32,000 nt of DNA from Pirellula staleyi DSM 6068 (GCA_000025185.1 CP001848.1:6030001-6062000), one strand, 5' to 3'. Numbered from the stretch's first letter, positions 1 through 10,817 are shown. Numbers and translations are program-made. The notes: generated by a model not told the origin, from the letters alone.

Positions 1-1
1 T

Positions 2-1480
2 CACTATTTCCTCGACGACCGATTTCTCGTCGATAAGAACTTGGTGAACTACTGGGGCTACAACACGCTGGGCTATCACGCGCTGGCTCCACGCTATAGC
101 AGCACTGGCCCCACTGGCGCAGTGCAAGAGTTCAAAACGATGGTCAAGGCGCTGCATGGTGCTGGCCTCGAAGTGATTCTCGACGTGGTTTACAACCACA
201 CAGCCGAGGGAAATCATCTCGGTCCCACACTCAGTTTGCGCGGCATAGACAACACAGCCTACTATCGTTTGGTGGCCGAAAATCCGCAGCACTACTTCGA
301 CTTCACGGGCTGCGGCAACAGCATGAACATGCGTCAGCCCGAAGTGCTGCAGCTGATCATGGACAGCTTGCGCTACTGGGCTGTCGAAATGCACGTCGAC
401 GGCTTTCGATTCGATCTTGCGTCGGCTCTCGCCCGCGAATTGTTCGACGTCGATAAACTCTCTGCCTTCTTCGATATCATCCACCAAGATCCGGTGCTGA
501 CCCAGGTGAAACTCATTGCCGAGCCTTGGGACGTTGGTCCCGGTGGTTATCAAGTCGGCAACTTTCCAGCGGGCTGGACGGAGTGGAACGGTAAGTATCG
601 CGACAATGTGCGACGCTTCTGGAAGGGCGATGGTGGCACGGTCAACGAGTTTGCCACGCGACTCGCAGGCTCAAGCGATCTGTATGCTCACAGTGGACGT
701 CAGCCTCACGCGAGCATCAATTTCATCACCTGCCACGATGGCTTCAACATTCGTGACCTGGTGAGTTACAACGAAAAACATAACGAGGCCAACGGCGAAG
801 GGAATCGCGACGGCGCCAACGACAACAACAGCTGGAACTGCGGCGTCGAAGGAGAAACGGACGAACCATCGATTGTTGAACTACGACAAAAACAGATGCG
901 CAATCTGCTTGCCACGCTGCTGTTTTCGCAAGGCGTGCCGATGCTGCTCGCCGGGGACGAAATTGGCCATACACAAGGTGGCAACAACAACTGCTACTGC
1001 CAAGATAGCGAGCTCACCTGGCTCGACTGGGAACTCGACGACTGGCAAAAACAGCTCCTCGGATTCACGCAGAAACTCGTGAAGATTCGCATGGAGCAAC
1101 CCGCCTTGCGGCGCAAGCGATTCTTCCAAGGTCGTAGCATTCGTGGCAGCGACATCAAAGATATTTACTGGCTCAATCCGGGTGGCACCCAGATGACCGA
1201 CGAAGAATGGGACGCTGGATTTGTCCGCTGCCTAGGAATGGTGCTGATGGGGAACACGGGGGACATGAACGCTCGTGGTGAACCCATCGTCGGCGACAAT
1301 TTGGTGCTGCTGCTCAACGCCCATCACGAGACGATCGAATTCAATCTGGTTCCCGAGTGGGATGCTGGTGGCTTCGATCTCTTGATCGACACCGCCCGCC
1401 CGACAGCCGAACCTCAACACCTCGAACCCGGCGCTAAGTATCCGCTTGAAGGACGTAGCGTCGCGTTGTTTAAGTGGTAA
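2..1480 (+). CDS. glgX: glycogen debranching enzyme GlgX (GH13 isoamylase type), 5' end cut by window edge
   Basis: The frame stays open upstream of the listed TTG at 41 back to the window edge ([22 protein letters not shown]). GH13 motifs are present: [32 protein letters not shown]. Confidence 0.93.
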   Translation, partial: HYFLDDRFLVDKNLVNYWGYNTLGYHALAPRYSSTGPTGAVQEFKTMVKALHGAGLEVILDVVYNHTAEGNHLGPTLSLRGIDNTAYYRLVAENPQHYFDFTGCGNSMNMRQPEVLQLIMDSLRYWAVEMHVDGFRFDLASALARELFDVDKLSAFFDIIHQDPVLTQVKLIAEPWDVGPGGYQVGNFPAGWTEWNGKYRDNVRRFWKGDGGTVNEFATRLAGSSDLYAHSGRQPHASINFITCHDGFNIRDLVSYNEKHNEANGEGNRDGANDNNSWNCGVEGETDEPSIVELRQKQMRNLLATLLFSQGVPMLLAGDEIGHTQGGNNNCYCQDSELTWLDWELDDWQKQLLGFTQKLVKIRMEQPALRRKRFFQGRSIRGSDIKDIYWLNPGGTQMTDEEWDAGFVRCLGMVLMGNTGDMNARGEPIVGDNLVLLLNAHHETIEFNLVPEWDAGGFDLLIDTARPTAEPQHLEPGAKYPLEGRSVALFKW

Positions 1481-1499
1481 TGCGACTATGAGTCGTCGA

Positions 1500-1521
1500 G
1501 ATGAAGCGCACTGGCTTCATC
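1500..1521. terminator. possible bidirectional terminator hairpin between convergent glgX and the sialidase gene
   Basis: Perfect 8-bp stem GATGAAGC / GCTTCATC with a 6-nt loop, inside the 69-bp convergent gap. There is no U-tract, so function is inferred only. Confidence 0.35.
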
Positions 1522-1549
1522 CCGGCTACGAAGCTATGCGGATACGAGA

Positions 1550-2803
1550 TTATTTTGATGTCGCTGTGGCCGGCTGGGTGATCCAATCGGGCTTAAAGCT
1601 GACGAGCGAGAGCCGCGCGTAGGGAGAGCCAGTTCCCTCCGCTTTGCAGCGCTCGAAAAAGCAATGCACGCGACCATCGGGCCCGACTGCGAGGTCGCTG
1701 TAGGCACTTGGGCCGGGTTCGAGAACGCGTTTAGCAGTCCAGGTCTGCCCATCGTCGCGGCTCAACTGCACAGTCAGGTTTTTGCGATCGCGACCAGTTC
1801 CCGGCTTGGGCTCTTTGGTTTTGGCCGACGTCAGATTATCGGGCCCCGCGTAGATCAGCAGTTGCTGTTCACGCGTGGGAACAGCTAGCAAGCTCGCCAT
1901 GCAGATCGGTTCGACCAGAGCCTCATCGAACTTCGGTTCGCTCCAGCCAGTACTTCCATTTTTGCTGAGCGTAATGAGGCGTCGATTGGGCTTTGATTCA
2001 CTTCGGATATTGAGCATCACCGTTCCATCGGAGAGTTCGGCGAGGGTTGTTTCATTCGGATTGACAATGGTGTCGGTTGGTCGCGCGGCAATCTCGCCAG
2101 CCGACCAAGTTTCGCCTCCATCATCGCTCACCAGGGTTGTCGTCACGCTCGGCCGATGAGCATGTCCTCCTTCGCCGGTCGAAAGCCAAACGGCGGCCAC
2201 CAGCCGGCCATTCTTCAGCTGAATTGCATGCCCGGGACCGATCGCCACTACGAACCAGGGATATTCCTGGCGTAGTTTTTCGAGTGCTGCGGTAATATCG
2301 CGCGGCTTGCTGAAAGTGGCACCTTCGTCGTCGCTATGCATGGCAAAGCAGCGTGAGTATTCGACGCAGTACAGCATCGTGATGCGTCCCGATTTTCGGT
2401 CGACTACAGCGACAGGATTGTTGACCGTCGCTTCAGGCTGGAGCCCCAGTTTCTGCTTGATGGCGAGCGGATTTTTGGGAACCTTGTCCCCTTGATGAGC
2501 TACGTGCTGTGGCTCGAGGAATGTCTTCCCCCCATCGATGCTTCGGCGCATCAGGATATTGATCTCGTCCCAATCACTCTTGCCGGTGCGACGTGCTTCG
2601 CAGTAGGCCAAGATCGTCCCCTTCGGAGTCACCACGACACCTGGGATTCGATACATCGCGTAGCCACCCACACCTGCCTCAAAAACATCGACCTGCGTGA
2701 GCGGTTCTTCACCGGTCGCACCGAGCGGCGCGATCGTGACTGCCAAAATAGTAAGACAAAGCGAGTTGAAAATCAGCTTTTGCAGTGAAGAGTGCCGAGA
2801 CAT
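1550..2803 (-). CDS. secreted GH33 sialidase / BNR (Asp-box) repeat exo-alpha-sialidase-like protein
   Basis: YRIP motif (a FRIP variant) and four Asp-boxes (SIDGGKTF, SDDEGATFS, SDDGGETWS, SRDDGQTWT). I place the start at the ATG at 2803 (MSRHSSLQKLIFNSLCLTILAVTIAPLGA, signal-peptide-like). The 143-aa upstream extension in the ORF track is not protein-like. Confidence 0.85.
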   Translation of the reverse strand: MSRHSSLQKLIFNSLCLTILAVTIAPLGATGEEPLTQVDVFEAGVGGYAMYRIPGVVVTPKGTILAYCEARRTGKSDWDEINILMRRSIDGGKTFLEPQHVAHQGDKVPKNPLAIKQKLGLQPEATVNNPVAVVDRKSGRITMLYCVEYSRCFAMHSDDEGATFSKPRDITAALEKLRQEYPWFVVAIGPGHAIQLKNGRLVAAVWLSTGEGGHAHRPSVTTTLVSDDGGETWSAGEIAARPTDTIVNPNETTLAELSDGTVMLNIRSESKPNRRLITLSKNGSTGWSEPKFDEALVEPICMASLLAVPTREQQLLIYAGPDNLTSAKTKEPKPGTGRDRKNLTVQLSRDDGQTWTAKRVLEPGPSAYSDLAVGPDGRVHCFFERCKAEGTGSPYARLSLVSFKPDWITQPATATSK

Positions 2804-3027
2804 CGCGGGGAGTACTCCGGTCGGATGAGATGCGCTCCGAGGAGCGGGTGTAGTACAATCAGGGTAGCTACAAGCAAGGCGAACTGAGAGGCTATACTCC
2901 GGCCAGCCCAATTGCAATCGAATCCCGATTGCCATGGAAAGTGTGTGAGCCAGTGACCAAATGCTGTAGCCATAGTCCTCCAGCGACCACCAACCAACAA
3001 GCAACAGCCGACCTGGGAGATAGGGTG

Positions 3028-3828
3028 ATGCAGGATCGTAAAGGAGCTCGCCGCCGCAGCGAAGTGCCAGCCGACGTTCTCGAGGGGCTCCATCGGGGCG
3101 AATTGCAGACGGTGAATCTCGTCGAGCTGCTAGCGATGGATCAACACAAACTGGCAATTGCGGTTCTGCCAGCAGTGGGACTTGCAGCGCAGCTTTCGTC
3201 GATTGAATTGATGATGGCCGCGAGCGAGCCACTCACTTCCGTGCAAGCGATGCGAGCCATTGGTGGTGTGCTGGCACAAAAGTTTACTTTTCCCGCCGGA
3301 CCACGATCGGCTTACACGCGGCTGCGAAACCACAAGTCCGACGTCGTCCGCTGCTGGGCTGCCACGGCGCTGCAGTTCACCGAGTGTTTAACGCTAGCTG
3401 AAAAACTTGCAGAGGTGCGAGTCTTCGCCGCCGATCCCCATTTCGGTGTCCGCGAAATGGCATGGATGGCTGTGCGGGATGCCATCGCTGCCGATCTCGA
3501 ACATGCTCTTGAATTGCTCGAGCCCTGGACTCTCGACCCGGATCCCAACATTCGCCGATTTGCGAGCGAAGTCTCGCGCCCGCGTGGAGTCTGGTGTAAG
3601 CACATCGAGCCGCTGAAGAGCGACCCTTCCCCTGCCCTGCCGCTGCTCGAGCCGCTGAAGAGCGACAACTCGAAATATGTCCGCGACTCGGTCGCCAACT
3701 GGCTCAACGATGCCAGTAAGACAAGGGCCGATTGGGTGAAATCGGTCGTGGGACGTTGGCAAAAAGAATCTCCCACAAGCGAAACCAGCTACATAGCTCG
3801 CCGCGCACTTCGATCGACGAAGGCTTAG
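3028..3828 (+). CDS. DNA alkylation repair protein family (AlkC/YhaZ-like HEAT-repeat protein)
   Basis: The C-terminal block IRRFASEVSRPRGVWCKHIEPLKSDPSPALPLLEPLKSDNSKYVRDSVANWLNDASK matches the pattern I recall for the YhaZ/AlkC family (RRxASExSRPR...DPSP.LPLL..L..D.S.YVR.SVANxLND). Start is the ATG at 3028, diverging from the sialidase gene. Confidence 0.7.
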   Translation: MQDRKGARRRSEVPADVLEGLHRGELQTVNLVELLAMDQHKLAIAVLPAVGLAAQLSSIELMMAASEPLTSVQAMRAIGGVLAQKFTFPAGPRSAYTRLRNHKSDVVRCWAATALQFTECLTLAEKLAEVRVFAADPHFGVREMAWMAVRDAIAADLEHALELLEPWTLDPDPNIRRFASEVSRPRGVWCKHIEPLKSDPSPALPLLEPLKSDNSKYVRDSVANWLNDASKTRADWVKSVVGRWQKESPTSETSYIARRALRSTKA

Positions 3829-3848
3829 TGCGAGATGGCGAGAGTGAG

Positions 3849-6584
3849 CTAAGCCATGTCGGGCGGCACATTCGTGGCAGCATCGGGCGAGTTTGTCGTG
3901 AGCGACAGCCGCGCGAGAACCACATCGTCGCTCCCTCTCCCCATCAGCTGAAAACCGTATCGCTGAAAGATCGTGCGCATGGCCCAGTTGTCGTAGCTCG
4001 TTTCGCCAGTCACCTCGCGAACACCCCACTTCTTTGCTAGTTCGAGCATCGTGCCAGTAATTGCCATCCCGACTCCGCAAGACTGCCATGCATCGGCGAC
4101 CATCACGGCATACTCGGCTGTTTCGTGATCGGGATCGGCTACCAAACGCCCAACACCCACGAGTTCACGCGTCCCATTTTTTTCAATCTCGGCCACGAGC
4201 GCTACTTCTCGGTCGTAGTCGACATAGCAAAACCGTGTCGCCATTTCGTGCGTCGCTTCTTTGAACAGATAGCGAAAACGTCGCCACAACGTTTCCTGCG
4301 AACAGCGACTTAAGAGGTCGACCCACAGCGGTTCGTCCTCCGGCTTGACTGGTCGCAGCAAAAGTCGATCACCACTGCGAGACTGCACCACGCGGGTGTA
4401 CTCTTCGGGATAAGGACAGATTGCCAGGTGGGCATATGCACGCTGGTGAAGTCGCGACACATCGGCAGGACTGACAAACACACGAGCGTCCAGTGCCATC
4501 GCATCGCTAGCCGAAACGAGCAGCGGGTTGATGTCGACCTCTTGTACCTCGGGTAAATCGGCAACGAGATAAGAGAATCGCATCAGCACTTCCACGAGGC
4601 GATCGATATTCACCACAGGACGCCCACGATAGCCACTCAGCAGTGGCCAACTGCGCAGCGATTCGAGCATGCGTCGCGCGAGTCGTTCGTTGAGGGGTGG
4701 TAGTTCGATCGTTCGATCCTGGTACACCTCGGCCGCGATCCCTCCCATCCCTACCATGATGACGGGACCAAACACAGGGTCGCGCTTCGCGCCGAGGATG
4801 AGTTCGACACTGTTCACCGCAGTTACCATGCGCTGGACCGTGACTCCTTGCACATCGGCATCGGGACGCAGCATGCGCGCGGAGCTGATGATTTGCTCGA
4901 AGGCTTGCGCGGTTTCGTCGTCGCTTCGCAAATTCAGCTTCACCCCTTGAACGTCGGTTTTGTGGGAAATTTGGGGGGAAAGAACTTTCAGCACGACGGG
5001 ATAGCCTAGCTGGCGAGCCACCTCGACAGCCTGCGCTGCGGTTGAAGCAGCAATCGGTTTAGTAACGGGAATTCCGTACGTTTCGAGCAAATCCTTCGAT
5101 GCATTCTCTGTCAGCACACCATCGGAAGACTTCAAGATCTGCTCGGCACGCGCGTGCAAAGTGGGACGATCGAGCGAGAAGGTGAGCGGAACATCGCGAG
5201 GAGTTTCGTACAGGACTTCGCGGCGTTTAGCATACGCCACCAGATGCATGAACGCGCGGATGGCATGCTCGGGAGTATTGTAGGTCGGAACACCCGCAGC
5301 ACCCAAGATTTTCACGCCACTGGCAACCATCCCACGCCCCATCCAAGCGGCGAGCACAGGCTTGCTGCTACGACCAGCCACTTCCGCAACAGCACGCGCG
5401 GTTGCTTCAGGATCAGTCATGTCTTGCGGCGTAAGAATGACGAGCACAGTATCGACTTGGGGATCGGCGAGCACCGCCCCTAAACTTTCGGCATAGCGCG
5501 ATGCAGGTGCATCCCCCAGGACGTCGATCGGATTGCCATGCGACCAAAACGGCGGAAGGACGCTGTTGAGTTTTTCGATCGTGGCGGGAGTGAGCGTGGC
5601 GATTTGTCCGTGCCGAGCCAGGAGCGCATCGCAGGCCATCACACCAGGACCACCAGCGTTGGTGATGATCCCCAGCCGAGCTCCGCGCGGCATTTTGCGC
5701 CGCGAGAGAAGTTCAGCACAGTCGAACATATCATCGACGTCGAAGACTCGCACAATTCCCGCGCGCTGAAACGCCGCCTCGTACACTGCATCCACCCCGG
5801 CCATCGCGCCGGTGTGCGACGAGGCTGCTTTTGCGCTATCGCTAAAGCGGCCCGCTTTGTAGGCCACGATCGGTTTGTGCGAAGCAAAAGCCCGCGCCGC
5901 TGACATGAACTCGCGCGCTCGGCTGATCGACTCGACGTAAAGAATCACCGCATCGGTGGTGGGATCAGCAGCTAGGTAGTCGAGCATGTCGTCGAGCCCG
6001 ACATCGAGCATATTGCCAAGCGACACGAAGTGCGAAAAACCAATCCCCGCGTCGAGCGCCCAGTCGAGCACAGCGGTGCAGAGCGCACCACTTTGCGACA
6101 AAAACGCCAACCGGCCCGGCTTGGGCATTCCCCGTGCAAAACTCGCCGAGAGCTTGAGATCAGGAACCAAGAAGCCCAAGCAATTGGGGCCGAGGACACG
6201 CAGCCCTGGATAAGACTTTTGGATTTCGCGAATTTGCTGCTCGAGTTGCATTCCCGCTGGGCCAACCTCGCGAAAGCCAGCCGAGATAATCACCACCCCC
6301 ATGATGCCCAGCTGTCCGCACTGCTCAATCAGCTTGGGGACCGTAGTCGACGGCGTGCAGATCACCACCAAGTCGGGCTTCTCGGGTAGCTGTACAAGGT
6401 CGCGGTAAGCGGTCATCCCTTGCACGGTGTCGCGCGTGGCGTTGATCGGATAAACACGTCCGGTGTAGCCATGCTCCACTAGGTTTTTGAGGAGCGTGTG
6501 CCCCACTTTGCCCGGCTGATCACTGGCGCCAACGACGGCGACCACTTTGGGGCGAAACACCGAGTCCAGATTGCGAATCGTCAC
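3849..6584 (-). CDS. Pat-like bifunctional ADP-forming acyl-CoA synthetase family protein with C-terminal GNAT acetyltransferase domain
   Basis: N-terminal CoA-binding domain (VAVVGASDQPGKVGH), a succinyl-CoA-synthetase-like flavodoxin domain, an ATP-grasp domain, and a C-terminal GNAT (AVMVADAWQSCGVGMAI). I place the start at GTG 6584, preceded by GGAG 6 nt upstream. The ORF-track ATG at 6689 adds 35 non-conserved-looking residues. Confidence 0.85.
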   Translation of the reverse strand: MTIRNLDSVFRPKVVAVVGASDQPGKVGHTLLKNLVEHGYTGRVYPINATRDTVQGMTAYRDLVQLPEKPDLVVICTPSTTVPKLIEQCGQLGIMGVVIISAGFREVGPAGMQLEQQIREIQKSYPGLRVLGPNCLGFLVPDLKLSASFARGMPKPGRLAFLSQSGALCTAVLDWALDAGIGFSHFVSLGNMLDVGLDDMLDYLAADPTTDAVILYVESISRAREFMSAARAFASHKPIVAYKAGRFSDSAKAASSHTGAMAGVDAVYEAAFQRAGIVRVFDVDDMFDCAELLSRRKMPRGARLGIITNAGGPGVMACDALLARHGQIATLTPATIEKLNSVLPPFWSHGNPIDVLGDAPASRYAESLGAVLADPQVDTVLVILTPQDMTDPEATARAVAEVAGRSSKPVLAAWMGRGMVASGVKILGAAGVPTYNTPEHAIRAFMHLVAYAKRREVLYETPRDVPLTFSLDRPTLHARAEQILKSSDGVLTENASKDLLETYGIPVTKPIAASTAAQAVEVARQLGYPVVLKVLSPQISHKTDVQGVKLNLRSDDETAQAFEQIISSARMLRPDADVQGVTVQRMVTAVNSVELILGAKRDPVFGPVIMVGMGGIAAEVYQDRTIELPPLNERLARRMLESLRSWPLLSGYRGRPVVNIDRLVEVLMRFSYLVADLPEVQEVDINPLLVSASDAMALDARVFVSPADVSRLHQRAYAHLAICPYPEEYTRVVQSRSGDRLLLRPVKPEDEPLWVDLLSRCSQETLWRRFRYLFKEATHEMATRFCYVDYDREVALVAEIEKNGTRELVGVGRLVADPDHETAEYAVMVADAWQSCGVGMAITGTMLELAKKWGVREVTGETSYDNWAMRTIFQRYGFQLMGRGSDDVVLARLSLTTNSPDAATNVPPDMA

Positions 6585-7112
6585 GAGAGACTCCTGCCTT
6601 GGCAAGCAAGGCAAGTGCGGGGCAAGCAAATGAGAGCGTTCTTCCTGTAAGTTACTCTTGCAGCGAATGGCTCCGCTGCCAGGGGGCAAGAATTTTGTCG
6701 CTTTGAGTCAGTTATGCGCAAGCGGCCAGCCGAGAGTTTTCGCTCCCCTTGCTCCCTGGACACGCCTTGCCGACCGGAGTTTTTTAGCTACACTCTTATG
6801 TTTTCCCAGGAGCAATCTCGGGGGAAAATTTCGATGGCAGCGAACTTTCTCCCTGGAAAGAGCCTCCTCGAAGTAACAGCAGATCGAATCGCCTTAAGTC
6901 AGCCTCAGAGCCTGCTTAAGGATAAAGTTGCGACTTGCTTCCCAAAGGTTCGCGAGAATTGGTCGCCTCGGTGACCGTTTTGCTCGTCCCCTGGGTGTGA
7001 TGTCGCAACCTGCAAGAGAAAAAGCTTGGGAGTGGTTAATTCCTTGGCTTTGCTTGCGGTGATAAGAAAAAATTGAGCAGTGTGGGTTTTCCCCATGTTT
7101 GCTCGGTGGTGA

Positions 7113-7185
7113 GAGATCGTAGCTCAGTTGGTAGAGCACGGCACTTTTAATGCTGGGGTCGTGGGTTCAAGTCCCACCGATCTCA
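7113..7185 (+). tRNA. tRNA-Lys (anticodon UUU)
   Basis: Hand-folded cloverleaf. Acceptor GAGATCG/CGATCTC; D-arm GCTC-AGTTGGTA-GAGC; anticodon stem CGGCA/TGCTG with loop CTTTTAA (anticodon TTT at 7146-7148); T-arm GTGGG-TTCAAGT-CCCAC; discriminator A. CCA is not encoded. Confidence 0.95.
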
Positions 7186-7190
7186 CCTCA

Positions 7191-7228
7191 AGGTCGCACT
7201 GGAATCGCTTCTGGTGCGACCTTTTTTC
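7191..7228 (+). terminator. Rho-independent terminator after tRNA-Lys
   Basis: 9-bp stem AGGTCGCAC / GTGCGACCT with a 14-nt loop, running directly into a run of six T at 7222-7227 (the first T also closes the stem). Confidence 0.8.
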
Positions 7229-7386
7229 GTTTCTTGCCCGCACCTGCGCATGCAGCGCAGCATCCAAATTGGCACGAGCAGAGGAATCGCTCCCTTCTCG
7301 GCGCTAGAGAGCGGCAATTCGGCGAGCTCAGATTGCTCGCCGAAGGAGATAGATCGCAGGATTTTTCCGCGAAAGCTTACGCTGAA

Positions 7387-8883
7387 CTAGTTGCCGCTGG
7401 CTACGCCACCCGCCGACGCCGTTTGCGATTCACTGGGGACCAGTGCCGCGAGGAGTCGCGTAGCAATTTCAGCCGCTTGTTCGTCGGACGTGGTAGCCAG
7501 CAGACGCTCGACGATCGGCTGATGGGCACTCACCATTTCACCCTGCACGAGCGACGCAAACTCGCTGTTGGTGAGTTCCAGTTGCGGGGCATCGCACGAA
7601 GGCAAGCCGCGCACAAAACTCACGTCCCCTGCGTCGGTCAAAAGCAACGTCCATTGACCACCGCTAGGCCCCATCACGCTCAGGCCAAGCTTCGAAACGG
7701 CGGTGGCCTCTTCGCTCATGGCGGGCAATTGCTGCGTTAGAAAGCCTCCCACGTCAAAACCCACGGCGGGCTTGGGCTGCCGCCGTTTGCCCCAGCGATC
7801 TTCTTCGCCGTACTTCCAAAAACGATGGAGCATCGGCTCATCGATTTCAGGGCATGGAACATCACCCGCAAATTTTTTCAGATTCGTGGTATCGAACGTT
7901 GGGTCGGTTTGCTCGTAAGGCTGATAGATCGTTTTGTTCTCGTAAGCTGCCTTCTCGAAATCCGAGAGTCCTTCTGGAGCCACCGGCTTACCGACGAACT
8001 CCACGCCGTACGAATCGAAGTACTTATAACCCGCATCGATAATCTTGCGGGGTGTGATCAGTTGATCGGGAGAGAGATGATAAGTTCCGCCGTGAGCGGC
8101 CGGGTTGTTAAACAACTTGACCATCACGGCCGAGATCCAATCAACCGGCACCACATTACGAGGCTCATCGCCAGTCATTTCCAAACGGATCGGCGTGTGG
8201 CGTCGACCATCGGGGTCCTTCGGAGTATTGGCCAGAAGCACACTCATGAGCTTCAGGTAGAAATACAAACCGTGATAGGTGTTGGTGTAGCCGGTGTTAG
8301 CATCACCAGCGATCACTGCAGGACGATAGACCGTGAGTTGACGGATGTGGGGAGCTTCGCGAACCATCTTCTCCGCAAGGAACTTGCTGTGTTCGTAGTC
8401 GTTTCGAAAACCTTGCCCGACATCGAGCTGGTCTTCCTTCACCATGTCGCTTCGATTACCGCAGACGTAAGCGGTGGAGACGTAGTGCAGATCATCGATA
8501 CCGGTTTCGCGGCAGAGTTCGAGCACATGCTGAGTGCCACCAAGATTGGTGCGCCATGGATCCTTGGTTCGGTCTTCTTCGTAGAACGTGAGAATGGCGG
8601 CATTGTGGAGCACGCGATCGCAGTTTTCTTTGATCCAGTCACGATCGACTTGCGACAAGGCGAGTCCTGGCTCGGCAACATCCCCTTGTAGGCAAACAGG
8701 GCGTGGCAGGGTGCGTCCGAGTTCGGCTTCCCAGTACTGCAGAATCGACTCGGCACGTTGCTCGACGGTTTCTTTTCCGCTGGTACGAAGCACCAGTGCC
8801 AGACGATGTCCCGACAGCAGCAGATCGCGAACCAAATAGCGGCCTACCAAACCGGTTCCGCCAGTCAGAAGCACGTACTTCAT
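7387..8883 (-). CDS. SDR-family thioester/fatty acyl-CoA reductase-like protein (male-sterility NAD-binding type) with extra C-terminal domain
   Basis: Start at ATG 8883 (MKYVLLTGGTGLVGRYL, Rossmann TGGTGxxG). Also HNAA, the YEHSK catalytic Y-x3-K, and YRPAVIAGD. The C-terminal ~130 aa (GGQWTLLLTDAGDVSF...) is possibly SCP2-like; that part is a guess. Confidence 0.8.
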   Translation of the reverse strand: MKYVLLTGGTGLVGRYLVRDLLLSGHRLALVLRTSGKETVEQRAESILQYWEAELGRTLPRPVCLQGDVAEPGLALSQVDRDWIKENCDRVLHNAAILTFYEEDRTKDPWRTNLGGTQHVLELCRETGIDDLHYVSTAYVCGNRSDMVKEDQLDVGQGFRNDYEHSKFLAEKMVREAPHIRQLTVYRPAVIAGDANTGYTNTYHGLYFYLKLMSVLLANTPKDPDGRRHTPIRLEMTGDEPRNVVPVDWISAVMVKLFNNPAAHGGTYHLSPDQLITPRKIIDAGYKYFDSYGVEFVGKPVAPEGLSDFEKAAYENKTIYQPYEQTDPTFDTTNLKKFAGDVPCPEIDEPMLHRFWKYGEEDRWGKRRQPKPAVGFDVGGFLTQQLPAMSEEATAVSKLGLSVMGPSGGQWTLLLTDAGDVSFVRGLPSCDAPQLELTNSEFASLVQGEMVSAHQPIVERLLATTSDEQAAEIATRLLAALVPSESQTASAGGVASGN

Positions 8884-9234
8884 TTCCAATTTCCTCAGCC
8901 GATGTTTGGTTACTACGTCAAGGTGCCCAGTCGCTTTTAATCTGCAGCGGCAGTGTGCCAACAATTGCGAGTCTTAACAGTATGTGCACCAAAATAGCGC
9001 GATGGGAATAGGCAATTTTCCCTGGATTTTTGATAGTTTTCGCCTTGATTGGGGGTTCCGAGGTTAAAGGCGAGATAATTCACCTCAGCTTCACCCCAGA
9101 GACAATTCAGCTCCCGCTAAGTGAGTGACGCCTTTGACCTACGCGATCCCTAGCACAGGGCCAGGCGGCACGATCGCTACAGTCGTTACGATCGACCAGC
9201 GCAAGGAATTCAAGAGACCTGCTGGAAGGCGATC

Positions 9235-10479
9235 TCAGATGGAGGTTTCCGATTCGGAGCTGCGGGGCTGATACGGCTGATAGCCGGTCATGAGCAAACG
9301 TTTGCCTCGCAAAATCTGGTAGGTGATGCCGCGCCAGACAGTCGAGCGCATGCCCGCAGCATTGAGGACAGCCGCGAAGTAGAGCAGCTGCGTCATTGGG
9401 TAAGCAGCAAGCAGTTTGAGGCTCTTCCACGGCGTCAGCCACGCCGTTGCTTCGCCGCGGGCTGCGATGATGCGTCGCGAGAAAATCTCGAGCGGCAGAA
9501 GCAGCGAGATCATCGTGACCTCATACAGCGCAAACGCTCCCATCCACCATGCGAAGAGCCCCCACTCGCCACGAATGGCAGTGACGATCGCCATCACCAG
9601 CGCCGAGAGGGGAAACAGTGTGGTAATTAAGCCATGCCCAATCACGGCGGGCCAGGCGGGATGATGTAAGCGAGTGGTGAGTAGCTGACGACTCACCCAA
9701 TTGAAAAAACCACTGATTTCGCAATGCTCGCGATTGACCATCAAAAGCGATGGAACAAAAACGAGTTTCCAGCGAAAGCGGCGTAAAACGCTAGGTACAA
9801 CCGTATCTTCGCCAAAAGCGTGGGCCCAGTGATCGGTCAGGTCGGTATCGAAAATCACTTCGCGCCGGAGAGCGAGAGTGCCACCCCAAGCGATGCCATA
9901 AAACCACATCTGCACCACGGCAGCGGCGTTCCACAAGTAGCGCGTGAGTACCCCCATCGATAGGGTCGATGGCATGTACCAACGATTACCGGTCGTTGCC
10001 CCAATCTTTGGATCCGCAAAGGGTGAAACGAGTTCGCGAAGCCACGAGGCATGCGGAACAGTATCGGCATCGAGAAAGGCGACAATTTTTGTGGCTGGCG
10101 TTATTTCGCGAACCGCTTCAATCAGTCCACTGCACTTCAAGCTGCAGGTCGTTTTTACTTCTTTGACGACATGCAGCTTCGCGGGAACGTGCGGATACGT
10201 TTCCATAGCCGCGCGGGCGGCTGGCACGGCGGGATCATGCGGATGATCGACCACCAGGATCACTTCATAGCAAGGGTAGGTTTGCGTAAACAGCCGCTCG
10301 AGCGTGATCGGCAGGAACGGATCGCTACCGCGCAAGCAGAGCAGCACGGAGGTCGCAGGGGCTTGCTCGTCGCTCACCAGAGTCCGCCGATAGCGGGAGA
10401 TCACCAGCAAATAGCCGAGCGCAAGCCCAGCTTGGGCCACTATGAGACCCAGAATTGTCCAAAAAACAACGAGGTGCAC
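9235..10479 (-). CDS. membrane glycosyltransferase family 2 (ceramide-glucosyltransferase / HpnI-like)
   Basis: N-terminal TM helix followed by SVLLCLRGSDPFL, FLDAD and GNRWY (an (Q/R)xxRW-type motif), with several C-terminal TM helices. Start codon is the GTG at 10479. Confidence 0.75.
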   Translation of the reverse strand: MHLVVFWTILGLIVAQAGLALGYLLVISRYRRTLVSDEQAPATSVLLCLRGSDPFLPITLERLFTQTYPCYEVILVVDHPHDPAVPAARAAMETYPHVPAKLHVVKEVKTTCSLKCSGLIEAVREITPATKIVAFLDADTVPHASWLRELVSPFADPKIGATTGNRWYMPSTLSMGVLTRYLWNAAAVVQMWFYGIAWGGTLALRREVIFDTDLTDHWAHAFGEDTVVPSVLRRFRWKLVFVPSLLMVNREHCEISGFFNWVSRQLLTTRLHHPAWPAVIGHGLITTLFPLSALVMAIVTAIRGEWGLFAWWMGAFALYEVTMISLLLPLEIFSRRIIAARGEATAWLTPWKSLKLLAAYPMTQLLYFAAVLNAAGMRSTVWRGITYQILRGKRLLMTGYQPYQPRSSESETSI

Positions 10480-10817
10480 GAGCGTTTCCGAATAGTAATC
10501 GATTAAGGAGAAAGACTAACGGTTGCTGGAATAGTTTCTCAGTGTAACTCGACCAAATCGACTCGGGAAAAAAGTTACTGTACCGATTATTCGGGTGAAC
10601 CGGAGCATCGGCTGGGGGAACTAACCCCTGGATGAGAATTGCGCAGAGTACCTCGGTGAAAACATCGTCAGATTGCTGTTGTCGCGGCTCTTTTTGCGAC
10701 CGATAATCCTTATCGAGCGAATTTGCCCACCCCAACTCTCCGGCGCACTCCCTCGCCAGCAGATTTCTCACCCAAATTCGATGTCCCCGCCACGCTGCCT
10801 TTGGAAAGCCAAAAGCC

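Noticed and set aside
2804-3232. 143-aa N-terminal extension of the sialidase ORF, and the first 33 codons of the 2929 ORF.
   Set aside because: The extension precedes a clean signal peptide starting at ATG 2803 and would overlap the divergent AlkC-like gene. The sequence is not protein-like.
7150-7740. 196-aa plus-strand ORF starting inside the tRNA-Lys gene.
   Set aside because: It overlaps the tRNA, its terminator and the 3' end of the SDR gene. The translation is non-protein-like.
7825-8691. 288-aa plus-strand ORF inside the SDR reductase gene.
   Set aside because: It is antisense to a gene with clear Rossmann and Y-x3-K motifs, and I recognised no motifs of its own.
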